Source: Wallemia ichthyophaga EXF-994
Taxonomy: Eukaryota > Fungi > Basidiomycota
Assembly (NCBI RefSeq): GCF_000400465.1
Contig: NW_008806278.1
Location: 202,592 to 264,591, forward strand
Length of the DNA: 62,000 nucleotides
Direction: 5' to 3'
Part shown: positions 1 to 12,487 of the stretch, piece by piece
Layout of the letters: every line of letters starts with the position of its first letter
Numbering within the stretch: the first letter of the stretch is position 1
Position numbers and translations under genes: made by a program
Notes under the pieces: generated by a model
What the model was told of the DNA's origin: nothing
Databases searched by the model: none
The model's input: only the letters and a program-made list of their open reading frames with translations

Positions 1-3000
1 TTGAAGATGGAGCAGTATGCTAATGGAACTAGCACTCTCTACAAGTTGCTATGTAGAGCCACAACTGACGAAACCAAACCTTCGTCATCTACTGCTCTCA
101 TTCATTTCAAAATCAGGTCAAAAGCGCTGATGCTCATTAATCACAATCACAATCTTGACTTGAATCTTTGGTGGACTCAAGGCTGGAAGTTTGGCTTGTC
201 ATTGCTGAGATCAGCTGAGGATGCTCTGACACCCTACACAAACGAGGTCAAGCCTTTTTGGTCTAAAATGGTTGAGTTTGCACAAGATCGTAACCACTCA
301 AGGTTCATTGAGGAGAACGGATGGATTGAGTTCTGTGAGGGCTGGATGGGTATAGCAAAGAAGCTTGAAGATTTACCTTCTTTGAAATTACTAGCCCAGC
401 TTCTGTCAAATGAGCATCAAGTCAACACAGAAGAAACCGACAACCTAGCCACAGACATGTCATCCTTAAATTTGACAGGTGATGCCGAAAGCCTTTTCGC
501 TAAGTACAACGTGATTTTGCTGACAGCTACCGCTAACTTGGCATCAAAATCGAACATGCAAGACCTCGAGGAGAAAGAATGTTCCAAACTCACTCACGTG
601 TTGGATTCTTTAAAGTACCTTAATCTTGACGACGGAAAATTGCACAAAACCGAGAAAATCATTGATGGTATTCGAAGATCATTGTACCATAAGTTATCGC
701 AATTTAGCGAAATCAACGAATCGAACGCTAAAGCCTTAAATCTTTACGACGGCATCGCACTTTGGACAGAGTATCATCTCAAGGTGAGTTTATTGATTTA
801 CTGTTACTTGTCTGACGACATATTTAGCAAAGCAGAGCATTGTCTCCCCCAATTCTGTATGGTACACTAGACTCGCTACTACAGCTTTCTCAACTTTCGC
901 TGAAAGATAGCCAAACCTCTTTCTCCTATCTAATTAGAGCATTGGAGTTTATCGAACCATTGAGGTCACCACAGGCCAACAGACTTCTCGCCTCAGCATT
1001 TTGGAACTGGTCATGTGTACTATTTCAGGATGGTAAAGCAGGTACAGAAGCACAATGCATTCCTGCAGTCGAAAGCTGCTTACATGTCGCTGAGTATGGG
1101 ATCAGAATGTGTAAAGACAGCATTTCAAGGCAACCAAACGAAGATCTAGTTAAAGGTGACAAAGAGATATTAAATATCATGATCGATCAACGGCCTAGAC
1201 GTTATGAGCTACTAGCAATTTGCTATTCAAAGGTTCACGACAACCATTCGGCCTATGATGCCTTTAGCAAATCAATCATATGCTCACTGCAAACGACGTC
1301 ACCACCAATAAACACTGAAACGGGCGATCTTAATGATTCTCAAAACTTCCAAGCTATCGTTAAGAAAGCTATGCAAATCGGACTATCGAAACTCATGTTG
1401 AAACCGCAAGAAATTTCTTTCAATAGTCGTGCAGAGGATGAAAATATCGAGAAAAATGTCAAGTGTAGTTTAATAGAGTTACAAGTGGGACAAATTGAAG
1501 AGCGTGGGTGGTCGGATCGTGATACCTGCTCCGCAATTCTCTTCATGCTGCTAGAGTTGATCAGCCCTAGCGGATACAGTGTGGAGGAGCATCCTCTTAG
1601 GAGGGTGATCGTACTTTTAAGATTGATGGAGCAGGTTGTACTTGGTCCTTCAGTTTTTCTTGACGATATGCAGATACCGGCGCCAGAAGTCATATTCGAA
1701 GAAGTTCGGTCAATTTTACAGGGTCAAGATTACAAAGAAGATGACACATTCAAAGTCTACACAATGAGTTTCATGTTATCCGCTCATATGTATTTAGCTA
1801 TATACTACTACAGATCGAGTGATACCGCACTAGAAGGTTCATCTTCAGCCTTGAGAGAAGCAAGACATACAAAGGAAATATTAAAGTCACTTTTAGGTAC
1901 CGGATCTCAAAGAAAGAGCTCTATCATGAGAGACAACAACTTACATTCTCTTCTTCCCCCAAGTCAGAACAGTAAATCAAACGACGCAGCGCCGAAAACT
2001 CGTAATGGTTCAGTGAATCAAACAGCAGATACGCGCACAACTCGTAGCCGTACAGCGGCATCAGCTACAAATCAGTCTTCTAAACCAGCGACGGCCCGCC
2101 CTGTTCGTCCGGTTGCTGCTACAAGGAGAGTAGTCAAACCATCAACCATAAAGAATGCAGTAACGTCGAATAAAGGTATCAAAGAAACTAAAGTAGAAGT
2201 TTCCAAAAATAACCTCGTCTATGATATTGAGAGGTGTTATAATGCGCTACAGATGGTAACTGAGATGCTCGGGGTACTAGGACACACATTTCTTAGACTT
2301 GATTTTCTCAAGCTACTTAGGAAACTTTGTCATAGTCAGCAACGGAATGGCAACAACAGTTCTGAAGACTATTTGTTAGCATCAACAACGTTAGCAGCAG
2401 AGTATGTCAAGATTGGTAAGATTTATCGAGCAGGTTCCGTATTTGCACAGGTTGCTACAATGAAGGAAGCGGAAGTACCATCAGATAAAACATCAGAGTC
2501 TTGGATAGCTTCTCAAATGGAATTCAAATTGAGATACTCTGAGTACTTGGCTATCACAGGAAATGTTGAGAAGAGGTAAGCAGTTGTATAAATGTGTGAA
2601 ATTAGACTAACAGCGACCTTAGCTTGATTGCGTACAATGACGCCTATGCCCTCAAAGAGCTGTATGATGCTACTGTCGACAAGGAACACCTGAAAAATCC
2701 ATTGACGAGGACTTTGAATTTTGAAAGGACAGCAATTGCAGCTACAGTATATGCATCAATAGCTTACAATCGAGAAGATGTACCAACTGCATTAAAATGT
2801 CTAGCTCAAGCGCTAAGATTATTTAATAATGCCGCACGTCAATTGTCTAAGTTGACTCCAACAATTGATTCGTCATCGAATAAAGACAACGATGATCCGT
2901 TTTCAATGGATGTAGACGAGAAAAAGGCTAGGCAAGTTAGCTCTCATTCAAATGTGTTTGAGAATAGACGCTGTACGGGCCTTCATTGGAGAATATCGCA

Positions 3001-5753
3001 GTCACTATTTGATTGCTTGCTGTTACTGTCAACAATTTACACTAGCAGAGGATCTTCAAGAGAAGCAGGTTTCTTTCTTGATCAGGCTTTCGAGCTCACA
3101 GAAACGTTAGCATCGCCAAACTTTAATGCAAAGATCAATGCAGCTAAGGCAGAGCTTAATATGTCTTTGTCTAACTTAGATGAAGCTAAGAAAGAGATTG
3201 ATATGGCTTTACTTTCGTTAGGTGGACAAGATGACACAGAGTCGTCTGTTTTGATCAAGAAAGCGAAAGGAGACTTACTGTTCAAGTTACAGTCTAACGT
3301 TGATGCATCCGCAGGTTATCTTTCTGCTTGTCTAATTTTGGAGAGATTAGACAAAACTTACAGTGAAGCAGAAACACTGTTTACATCACCCAAGAAGACT
3401 GTTAGTGCTAAAAGTGAATCCAATCTTTTAACGGACTATGATCCATTACTACCTGATATTTTTGGACATTTGTTGCGTCAAAGAATATGGCTGCTTAGTG
3501 AAGACGAGAAGAATAATGAAAGCCAAAAGCTTTTGGATAGGTTGTTCGATTTTCCAGCAACATCAACCAATAAAGCAGAAGAAAATATGCTTTTAGGTAA
3601 AATGCGATTAAGAGAGGCGTATAATAGCTTCCAGAGTGACTTGTTTATGTCGTCTCTATCAGATGCTTGTGAGTATGGAAAAAATAGAGCACTGACCTTG
3701 ATGTTGATAAGAATACAGTGATATCAATACCATGTGGATCAACGTCAAGTAATACTTCCAATCGCTTGACATCGCGCCAACCAAGCATAGAAACATTAGC
3801 GGATGCTGAAAAATTTTTCACGAGTGCACTCGAATTGAATATTGATAGGGCTCCTGTTAAAGACATTAGACAGGCTTGTCTAGCAATCGCATTAATCAAA
3901 TCATTTCAAACATCACTTGGTAAGGTTAGTAAAAGCAATTCAACATTAGCAGCGGCATACTTAGATCTTGGGTCGGCCATTACATTACGTAGAGAGCTTT
4001 TGGAGGTGATTGATAATAAATTGGCTACTAATGAAGCTCGAAATGATATGAATTGGCCTGCTATAGATCAACTTAGTTCAATGAGAATGCTCACACCTTT
4101 AAATAAACGATCAAAGAAGTTGTTCATGCCTTCACCTTCACCATTAGGGTCACCAATGTACGAGAAAGACAATCTTTTTAACGAGGATCTAAAGATCAAC
4201 AAGTACTGGGAGGGTGTAAGAATGAGGCACGTTAAGGAGTTTTCAGAACCTGAGCAGGGTGTGCGCGATACTATCAATAAATTACCAAGGAACTTTACAG
4301 TAATCTCAATATCAATAACCGATGATAAAAAAACAATGTTCGTTGTGAAGTACAGAAAGAATTTAGAACCGTTGGTAGTTTCACTACCTTTAGACAACAG
4401 ACAAAACAAGCGTGAAGGTGGCGGAGAAGAAGGAGCATTTACTTATATGGATGCAATGAATGAACTCGAGAGTGTCATTGAAGAGAGCGATGATTCAATC
4501 AAATCAGCAAGTGATGGTAATGTCAAAAGTGATGATGAAAAGGTTGCATGGTGGAATAAGCGCAAAACATTAGATTCAAGGATGAGACAATTGGTGAAGA
4601 ATATTGAGTTTTGTTGGTTAGGAGTATTCAAATCATTGTTTATCAAACCAACTGCAACGTCAGAAAGTGCACTTAATGGATTGAGAGGATGTCTCGAGAA
4701 AGTATTTAAGAAGCATATCCATACCAGCGGAAGAAAGAAGCCAGTTACTAAAGTGAAGTTGGATGATGCATTACTAGAATGCTTCTCAGCTTTATCTACA
4801 AATTGCAAAGATGAGGAGCTTGAAGACTTGATATACTTTGTTTTAGATATCTACTTATTCCATGGAATACAATTAGCGCTTTCGGAGATTGATATTGATC
4901 AAGCCACAATTGATATTCGTAGCGCATTGGAAGAGTATCACAATAAGTATGCTGATAATAAAGATGAAGGCAAAGTGGAGCATACCTTTATAACATTGGA
5001 TAAGTTAACACAATCTATGCCATGGGAATCTATACCTGGATTAAGAAATCAAAGTGTTTCAAGGATACCATCAGTAGGTTTCTTGAGAGATAGACTAGAT
5101 TATATCAATTTCTTGAATCAGGATAGATTATATGTCAATCCAAGGAATACTTACTGTTTGATTAATCCTTCTGGAGACTTGAAGCGAACAGAAAAGAAGT
5201 TTGGCGGATGGTTTGAAGAAATGAAAGCATTTGGATGGAAAGGTATAGTTGGGAGAGAGCCACTTGAGGTGGAGTTGTCGAATGCGTTAGAAACATCAGA
5301 TTTATTCATCTACTTTGGACATGGAGGTGGACAGAAATACATTAGATCACAGAAGATAAGGAATATGCCCAAGTGCGCAAGTACGATGTTATGGGGATGC
5401 TCATCAGGATCATTGAAAAGCAATGGAGATTTTGACAGTAATGGCAATCCAAACAACTATCTGTTGGCCGGATGTCCTTGCTTAGTAGCTAATTTGTGGG
5501 ATGTCACAGATAGAGAGTGAGTGGAAAGTTGGACGAAAAAGCGATTACTAATAGATGTGATAGTATTGACAGATTATCAGAAAGTGTTTTAGATAAAATA
5601 GGATTAAACAGCGAGTCAATGAGGAGTGAAACTGTTGGAGAGAGTATAACATTAACACAATCAGTTGCAGAATCGCGAAGAGAGTGTAGATTGAAGTATT
5701 TAACAGGTTCAGCTGTTGTGGTTTATGGGATACCGATTCAATTGAGAAGATAG
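1..5753 (+). CDS. ESP1: Separase (multi-exon, 5' end outside the window)
   Basis: Consecutive ORFs 1-870, 840-2579, 2624-3721, 3718-5520 and 5517-5753 are joined by short GT-AG introns. The C-terminal peptidase C50 region carries the catalytic motifs FGHGGG and LWGCSSG, followed by VANLWDVTD. Confidence 0.93.
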
Positions 5754-5808
5754 AAGATTGTTGTATAGTACATGCTCAATAAATGGAATACAGAGATTAA
5801 AAGGATGT

Positions 5809-6235
5809 TTAATAAGTAAGAGGATGTATCGGCTCTGCCAAAATATTTGTCCAATCTTGGTTGTCGTCTATATCGGTATCTAGTTCAGAAGCACAGACTC
5901 TAAAGATATGGATGAGTGGAAGCGCAGGAGGAATAAAAAAAAACTCACAAGTTATCGCCTTTAATGAGGTACAAACCTAGAGGGACAATCTCGACGCCTT
6001 CATCTTTACTGAAAACACGTTCAAACGACGAAGACAGTATAATGTTTGATTTATCATCAAAGCCTTGTAATAGACCCTTTGAAGAGGTTAATAATTTTAA
6101 TTTATTTGGCGACTTCTTACTAAAATACATCTACCATCCGTTGTTATCAGTAGCAGTTTCTCTGAATAAGGGATTAGTGTACAAACGAAACCAAGAAATC
6201 AACTGACTGTTAAAATAATTACTTAATTCACTCAT
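5809..6235 (-). CDS. LSM8: U6 snRNA-associated Sm-like protein LSm8 (4 exons)
   Basis: Spliced reading MSELSNYFN-KLLLITTDGRCIL-GLLQGFDDKSNIILSSSFERVFSKDEGVEIVPLGLYLIKGDNL-VCASELD; typical LSm8 Sm1/Sm2 motifs. Confidence 0.88.
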
Positions 6236-6241
6236 TTAACA

Positions 6242-6634
6242 ATGTCGGCTATTTTCAATTCTACAAAGTTTAAAAACAAGAATCAACTCAAATTATATCA
6301 ACTATTTTTATTGAATTTACAGTTGGATGAGTTGGATAAGGCTAAAAGGGCTATTGCCTTGTTGATTAGACAGAATCTATCAAGCCATTTATTATTCGAA
6401 ATCCTTGATTTCATTGATTTGATAGATGACGACGATATTTTAAACATATTAAAAGTGCTAGTTATCAAGCAGAATAATGTTCACCTTCTGAAGTACTATT
6501 TATACTCGCTCATCAAGCATGACAAATTGTCAGAAAGTTTTCAGCATTTAGAATTTTATATATATTCTCAGCCATTTACGGAAGATGACCAACTACAACG
6601 ATTACATAAGCAATTATCAGCCACTCAGCAATGA
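6242..6634 (+). CDS. Helical 130-aa protein, possibly RNA polymerase I factor Rrn11-like
   Basis: Intronless ORF. LFLLNLQLDELDKAKRAIALLIR resembles the Rrn11 'lhl.llr.dw.rA.RAf.lLiR' motif as I recall it; no database check. Confidence 0.35.
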   Translation: MSAIFNSTKFKNKNQLKLYQLFLLNLQLDELDKAKRAIALLIRQNLSSHLLFEILDFIDLIDDDDILNILKVLVIKQNNVHLLKYYLYSLIKHDKLSESFQHLEFYIYSQPFTEDDQLQRLHKQLSATQQ

Positions 6635-7107
6635 TTAGAATATTCACCAGGCCATCTACTAGGTCATTTTCTTCCACCAGGCTTCTTAGAAGCGACCCGT
6701 ATAAACTACCTTTCGATCCATCACTATCTTCTTCCTCTCAATCTCAAGATCTAGATGAAACGTTATTCCCCCAACCAATCAAACGACACAATGAAGACAT
6801 TCACAAGAAAAGAGCAAGATTGATCTATCAATCAAGGCACAGAGGTACCTTGGAATCTGACCTCATCTTATCCACCTTTGCTAAGGATTATTTACCATCA
6901 ATGACTCTAAACGAGCTTATTGAATTCGATCAACTAATGGATGAGCCTGACTGGGATATTTATTATTGGTCTTTAGATCGTAAGCAACCGCCTGCGAAAT
7001 GGCTTAACCACCCCTTATTAAATAAACTTAAATTACACGTTCAAAATCACGACAAGGTAACTAGATTCATGCCACCAATCAATCAATTTTATAATAAGTC
7101 ATCTTAG
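6631..7107 (+). CDS. SDH5: Succinate dehydrogenase assembly factor 2 (flavinator), mitochondrial
   Basis: RARLIYQSRHRGTLESDLILSTFA...FDQLMDEPDWDIYYW is the SDHAF2/Sdh5 signature; N-terminus resembles a mitochondrial targeting peptide. Confidence 0.93.
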   Translation: MIRIFTRPSTRSFSSTRLLRSDPYKLPFDPSLSSSSQSQDLDETLFPQPIKRHNEDIHKKRARLIYQSRHRGTLESDLILSTFAKDYLPSMTLNELIEFDQLMDEPDWDIYYWSLDRKQPPAKWLNHPLLNKLKLHVQNHDKVTRFMPPINQFYNKSS

Positions 7108-8121
7108 CATTCTTGTTCTCTCCATCAATGCATCTCTTGGCTCTATCTTATATCCTCCACCCCATCTCTTCTTTAAATTATTATTGCTGCCTTTGTGACC
7201 CTGTTGCGATCTCAAGAACATCTGAAATTCCTCAATCTTATTATCGTCTATCGTCATCCTTTGATCTACACTTCCTCCACCGGCTCTGTTCCCAACATTC
7301 CTCATCATCCACAAGAATCCTAGCAAAACTAATATCAACATAGCGCCTCTTAGCCCTATCTCATTTGCAAACCCTTCTAATATCTCTGCAAACGCTGCTG
7401 CCCCGACTCTTGCTATGCCCACTGTCGTCGGATCCCTGTGCATACATTGCTCAAAATGTATACATGCGTCTTCACTAACTGGTACCCTCGTCGATGGATC
7501 ACATTGATTTAGCGCGTATGACCTCGCACATGCTGATGATTCTGAGTTTAATGACTGTACGTATACTTCTACTTTGTGCTCAACGTCTTTTAATATCGTT
7601 CGTACTAGTTTGAATGCTAATAATGATAAACCTAATAGTAAGAATAAATTGAAACCCATTTGTGCATAAGTTGATAATAATTTTGGTATATCTTGTTGGT
7701 ATCTATAATCTAATCTATCATCTTCGTCTTTTGTATTCTCCTTGCTCTGTTGATTTCGTATTCTCTTTTTACGCATTTTATTAACTGCGCTATTAGAAAC
7801 CTTCAATTTATTGTCTTCATTACTCGTACTTAAGTCTGTCATTTCAACTTCACCTAAACCGAGCGATGCTTTAACGTCCCATTTAAAATTATCATAATCT
7901 TTCTTCTCAATATCAGCATTATTAGGCTCAACATCCACTTTATTGAAAAGGAATGGCGTGTTGCTCCCAACCAAATTACTCCTTCTGTCATCGTCTTTGA
8001 ATGTTACGTTTTCATTGCTTCTAAAGCTCATCTCATTATCGTATTCATTATGCGTTCTTTTCAATGGTCTATCACTGTATTTAAAATCCATAGGCGCTTC
8101 CATCGACCGACCGAAAGACAT
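7099..8121 (-). CDS. BRL1: Brl1/Brr6 nuclear envelope protein
   Basis: Two TM segments flank the di-disulfide motif CARSYALNQCDPSTRVPVSEDACIHFEQCMHRDP. First ATG is at 8121. Confidence 0.85.
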   Translation of the reverse strand: MSFGRSMEAPMDFKYSDRPLKRTHNEYDNEMSFRSNENVTFKDDDRRSNLVGSNTPFLFNKVDVEPNNADIEKKDYDNFKWDVKASLGLGEVEMTDLSTSNEDNKLKVSNSAVNKMRKKRIRNQQSKENTKDEDDRLDYRYQQDIPKLLSTYAQMGFNLFLLLGLSLLAFKLVRTILKDVEHKVEVYVQSLNSESSACARSYALNQCDPSTRVPVSEDACIHFEQCMHRDPTTVGIARVGAAAFAEILEGFANEIGLRGAMLILVLLGFLWMMRNVGNRAGGGSVDQRMTIDDNKIEEFQMFLRSQQGHKGSNNNLKKRWGGGYKIEPRDALMERTRMLR

Positions 8122-9008
8122 CGTCGCGGTTAACAACCAAGGGAAAGATATATGTGAATATCATTGGTTATTTTTAAAAAAAACTTTAATCTAATATTAC
8201 TCAATACACGTCGTATACACGTGGATACATATGCCAAAACTCCGTCGATACATCTCACCAACTCAAACAGAAACAGTGTGGTAAGAGAATCTTTTGAATA
8301 TTGTTTACAATCAGCAAAAAGCTGGGCTGGTTATACTGTGCTTCCTGTGCGGACGTCATCTGTAATGCTAGATGTTAGTGGACGAAGATGCACAGCAGAT
8401 TTGAATTCTTGAATATTGAGATTAGTTATTTCAGCATATTCAAACCCGGTTGAACACGGCTTCCGTACTTCTAGCTACCTTTTTCATGATGATGATATAT
8501 GGGCAGACACCCACCAGGGGATAACGTTATCTATCAGGGTAAATGTATACATCGATAAAAAGTTGTTGAACATTTGCATGCGTCGATCTACCTTTCATTC
8601 AATCGACTCTGGTTACTTAATTGATACGTTCCACGAAGGCAATCATTGCGAAATTGGGAGGTGCTACATAATAAAGTAAGTCATCAAAGCTGTTTCAAAG
8701 AAGTTTGTTTCTTCATCTCATATTTGCAACGTCAGTTGTCGAGTATATCCAACACATTGAAAGCTTTCGATTTTATCAGGCCTTTTAGAGCTTGTTGGGA
8801 TGTTTCAGGATGTCCTTAGCTTGGTAAAGTAGCTCAAGATAAGACTTGATATGTCGATTTCAGCGTCTTCCAAAGAGCTAGCAGAGTTTAGTTTTTCACT
8901 TGAGGCGCTAAATGCGATGACAGAAGAAAACTGATTACAGTCAGCAGTGTATTTCAGCTACAGCCAAGAGTAAATTGCGTTTGCAGGTACTACAAAATGC
9001 CTCCTTCC

Positions 9009-12000
9009 TGTCCACAACTTTGTGTTGATCGCAGATTTTTACAATCGGATACAAAGCACCCATCGTTATCTTTCTCGAAGTTTGCTACTGCTGTGGCGAT
9101 AATCTTATTCGCAAGATAAACACAGTTGGTCTTAACGCTGCCACCGCTAAGTCGCATTACTAGCGAAATGATTGTATAAAGATTATTAAACACATTCAAT
9201 ACATGTTATAATGCATAAAGATTTTGCCATATCTCTCGTTGCAGTGCACAACCATAAAATCATACTAGTCGGCTCTACATCATTATGACTTCAGGACAAG
9301 TTTTAAGTTAGCAAAAAGGTTCAAATGCTGAAAAAAGTATTTAAGAATTATTGAAATAGTATAGGCTATTTTTTCGAATTGAAATTGCTCGGCTTATCCT
9401 GAAAAATATCAAGTAAGTGCGATGATGAGTACATTGAAATGGTGTGCTAGCATTATCCTTAGAAAAAATATTTTATTCTAAGCCTGCCAACATTATGATT
9501 TTACTATTTAATCATTCATTCACTCAATATTATTATATTAGATTTTCCTTCTATCAGACATCTCCAAAAAAGGAAATTATCTTATAGCTCTAGTTCAATT
9601 AAAAACTATTTGCTAGACTTGAAGCATTTGAGTACCAATTCCACCCTGTAAGCTGATTGAAGGGACCATTTTGATATGAATCTGAAACAAGAAATAGAGC
9701 AGACACGGAAGCACTTACGTGCTTAACAATGCAAAGCATCTTCATTGAATAAAATATTCTATTGTTGCTCAATACCTCAAGCATAGCCTTTCTAGGTGTG
9801 TGCTGCAGATCTGGACCCGCGACTTTCACATTATTCGATTTCGTTTCCTCACGTGTATATCTGTACGCTATAGATTTTAGTAGTGTAAATTTCAACCAAA
9901 TTCAATAGTAATATTAAAGAATATATTTTAACGAGTTGCATCAGAAAAAGGCTAACTGTGCAACCTTTTCAACTAGGTACGGGATGCGCAGAATGACTTT
10001 CATATCGGTCATATCAGGCAGAACTTCAAATTATCAGGCTAATGTATACAGAAGAGAGACATTAATATTTTGCAGACTTTTAAATCCCTTATTTCTGTGT
10101 TGTTCTCACCCATATCACGCATATTTGGACATACGATTCCCATTTTTGGCTTGAAGGTTCAAACGCGATTTATGGTGCGAATGAGGTTTGATTAGATGAA
10201 AATAATGTAAGAAGTGTGTGATAAAGTTCTAAACTCATTAAATTGAGTATTATAAATAGAATAACTCGCATTTCATAGGTTGTGCTCTATGCCAATATCA
10301 CGCAAACAGATGAGCCAGCTATTTGGGGGTTTCAAAGTGTGCTTTTATTGAAGTATTGAATGTTTGGAAAGTATTAAATCATTTTGAAAAGTATTAAATC
10401 ATTGTGCAACTGTGTTTTTTTAGGTGATTTTTGAGAAGAATGGTATAATCAAATCGAGTGACAAAGGAGGAAGTAATTGCGTGGAACATGGATGGGAAAT
10501 GACATTAATAAATGTCTGGTGTTTTATATTCGACGAAAATTTAGTTGGACACAGCCTTTTTGGAGGTCTGTGACGCAATGCTTCGCATCTTCACTCAGCA
10601 GATCAGCAGATGACATCACGAAACTTGAAAACCTTCAAAGCCCTTTTGGCTTACTTATACTAATAATATTTGATCTTGGTGGTACAGAGGAGCTTGATTT
10701 TCCGGTAATCGCTGATCTAGCTAGGGTATTCTGCCCTCATTGATGTCAGGAAGTGAAACCAAATTCATGTGATGCTGCATTGCACTTTCATCAAGACCAA
10801 TAAAAACGTGCGTTCACTTTATTAAGTTTCCAACTGATTACGTGTGTTTGCTGTATAATCGCTGAACAAGCCATTATTCAACTCAGCAGTGTTAGGCCAC
10901 GGACTCGGATTGATTCCAGCCTATTGTTAGATACTCATACTTCTAAGGGAATTTGAAGGCGTTAAGCTCTTTTTATTATAACAATTTGGGTATCGTTATG
11001 TGATAATCAGAATCGCAACCCAACTACTATTCAAAAGAACAAGATGCGTACATTGACTTCGGATACCATCCATCTTAACCACGAGTCCTCAGTGAGACTC
11101 TCAAATCCTTTACCTTAGTTTTCAAGGTAGTTTCAGCGGTGCGCACTCAATAGCCTTTCTTTTGTACGAAGGGTGCGCTAAAGATGTCATAGTTCCACTT
11201 GAGACCTCAGGGGAAGCAGTAGCAGCTGATGTTGATAATCGATGTCGTTCATAAAATGTAGCTTTTCAATTACGAACGATATCTTTTTGCGCAAGAAAGT
11301 GACCCTGAGACTCAAGACTACTAACGGTTAACCCGAGAATTCTGTATTCGTTGAGCATAACATCCTGCCAGCTTACGACTGAGTACCTCTTTCGGTTATG
11401 ATTGACCCATTCATCCAATAAATTCCAAGAAATCCCTATGCATTAATGGGGATCGAGATCCACCCACAATTCAACCAATCGGCATGCACTAGATTAGGTT
11501 ACAAGTATGAGCAATTGCAAAATGCCTAGATTAGATACACATCAGGCCTACTTTAATTCCCAAAATACGCAAAACCCTATGCCCTTATCGGCATGGAAAT
11601 TCATGCATTATACTCTCAACGTAACCCGTGCACTAGTATAAGTTTAATGGAAGTGTGAGTAATTTCAATAACAGTTGTACATATGATTGCTAAGCTTAAT
11701 TTGGTGTATAGGCTGTTGGAAGCTGAGCGTGTTGGCTTAGGTTTTGCTTAAAGATGAAGACGTGATGTTGGTACCTGATTTAAAAAGGTGGCCATGATTG
11801 TAAGCCGTTAATGTGTCTAACTAGAACGATGTACCACCTATAAACTTTTATACAATCGCTGGTGTATGCTCCCCACTGAGCTGACACAGGCAGAAGGAAT
11901 TAGGATTCATATAGGTTTAATACTGTTTCAAGGCCGTAAAGTTCCCAACGATTCTAGAACACAACTATGAATTCATCATGACACATTAATTACATTCGAG

Positions 12001-12487
12001 CCGCTCAATGATTTCATCGTTGCTGCCTATATGCTTACTTTTTGCGATTCGCACGATGGCTTACAAATCGATAGGAAAAAACAACAAAACCTCAATATAA
12101 GTACAACTACAAGTGAGAAATAATAAAAAAATGGTACTCAATTCATTATATAGGATAAAACGAGAGCGTCCAAATTAATATGAACTAAAGCCAACCAGTA
12201 AATGCCCATTGCAACCTGTTAATTACTTTCAGCGATAGCGAACATCTAAACTTCGTGGTCGTGTATTTCATGACATAAAGCTTGCCTCTAAACTATAACT
12301 CAAAAATCGCTAGTTTGGTTCATAACAGACATATTTGAAGTAGCCTACTACATCGTTTGTGAAAAGAACACTTTCGTTCAGATTGAATCTTGAATCAAAC
12401 TAATGAGAACGTCCGCTGTCAGTATCACAATTATCGAAAGTCATGTTATCAGCGTTATATCAGCATGTCGGCTGTGAATTGAATGAT
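9009..12487 (+). repeat. Left arm of a large inverted repeat (3479 bp)
   Basis: Reverse complement of 13689-17167. Both ends, four mirrored ORF pairs and the internal spot checks all give paired coordinates summing to 26176. Confidence 0.97.
10364..10403 (+). repeat. 20-bp tandem duplication inside the IR arm (mirrored at 15773-15812)
   Basis: ttggaaagtattaaatcatt followed by ttgaaaagtattaaatcatt (19/20 identical). Confidence 0.85.

Noticed and set aside
8990-10743. Four short ORFs (67-98 aa) duplicated in the IR arms (mirrored at 15433-17180)
   Set aside because: Several begin at TTG, they show no recognisable motif or coding-like composition, and their duplication simply reflects the repeat. 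Used only as symmetry landmarks.
10990-11410. Possible decayed reading frame inside the IR arm
   Set aside because: Stops occur every 10-25 codons and there is no recognisable homology, so it is indistinguishable from non-coding DNA by eye.
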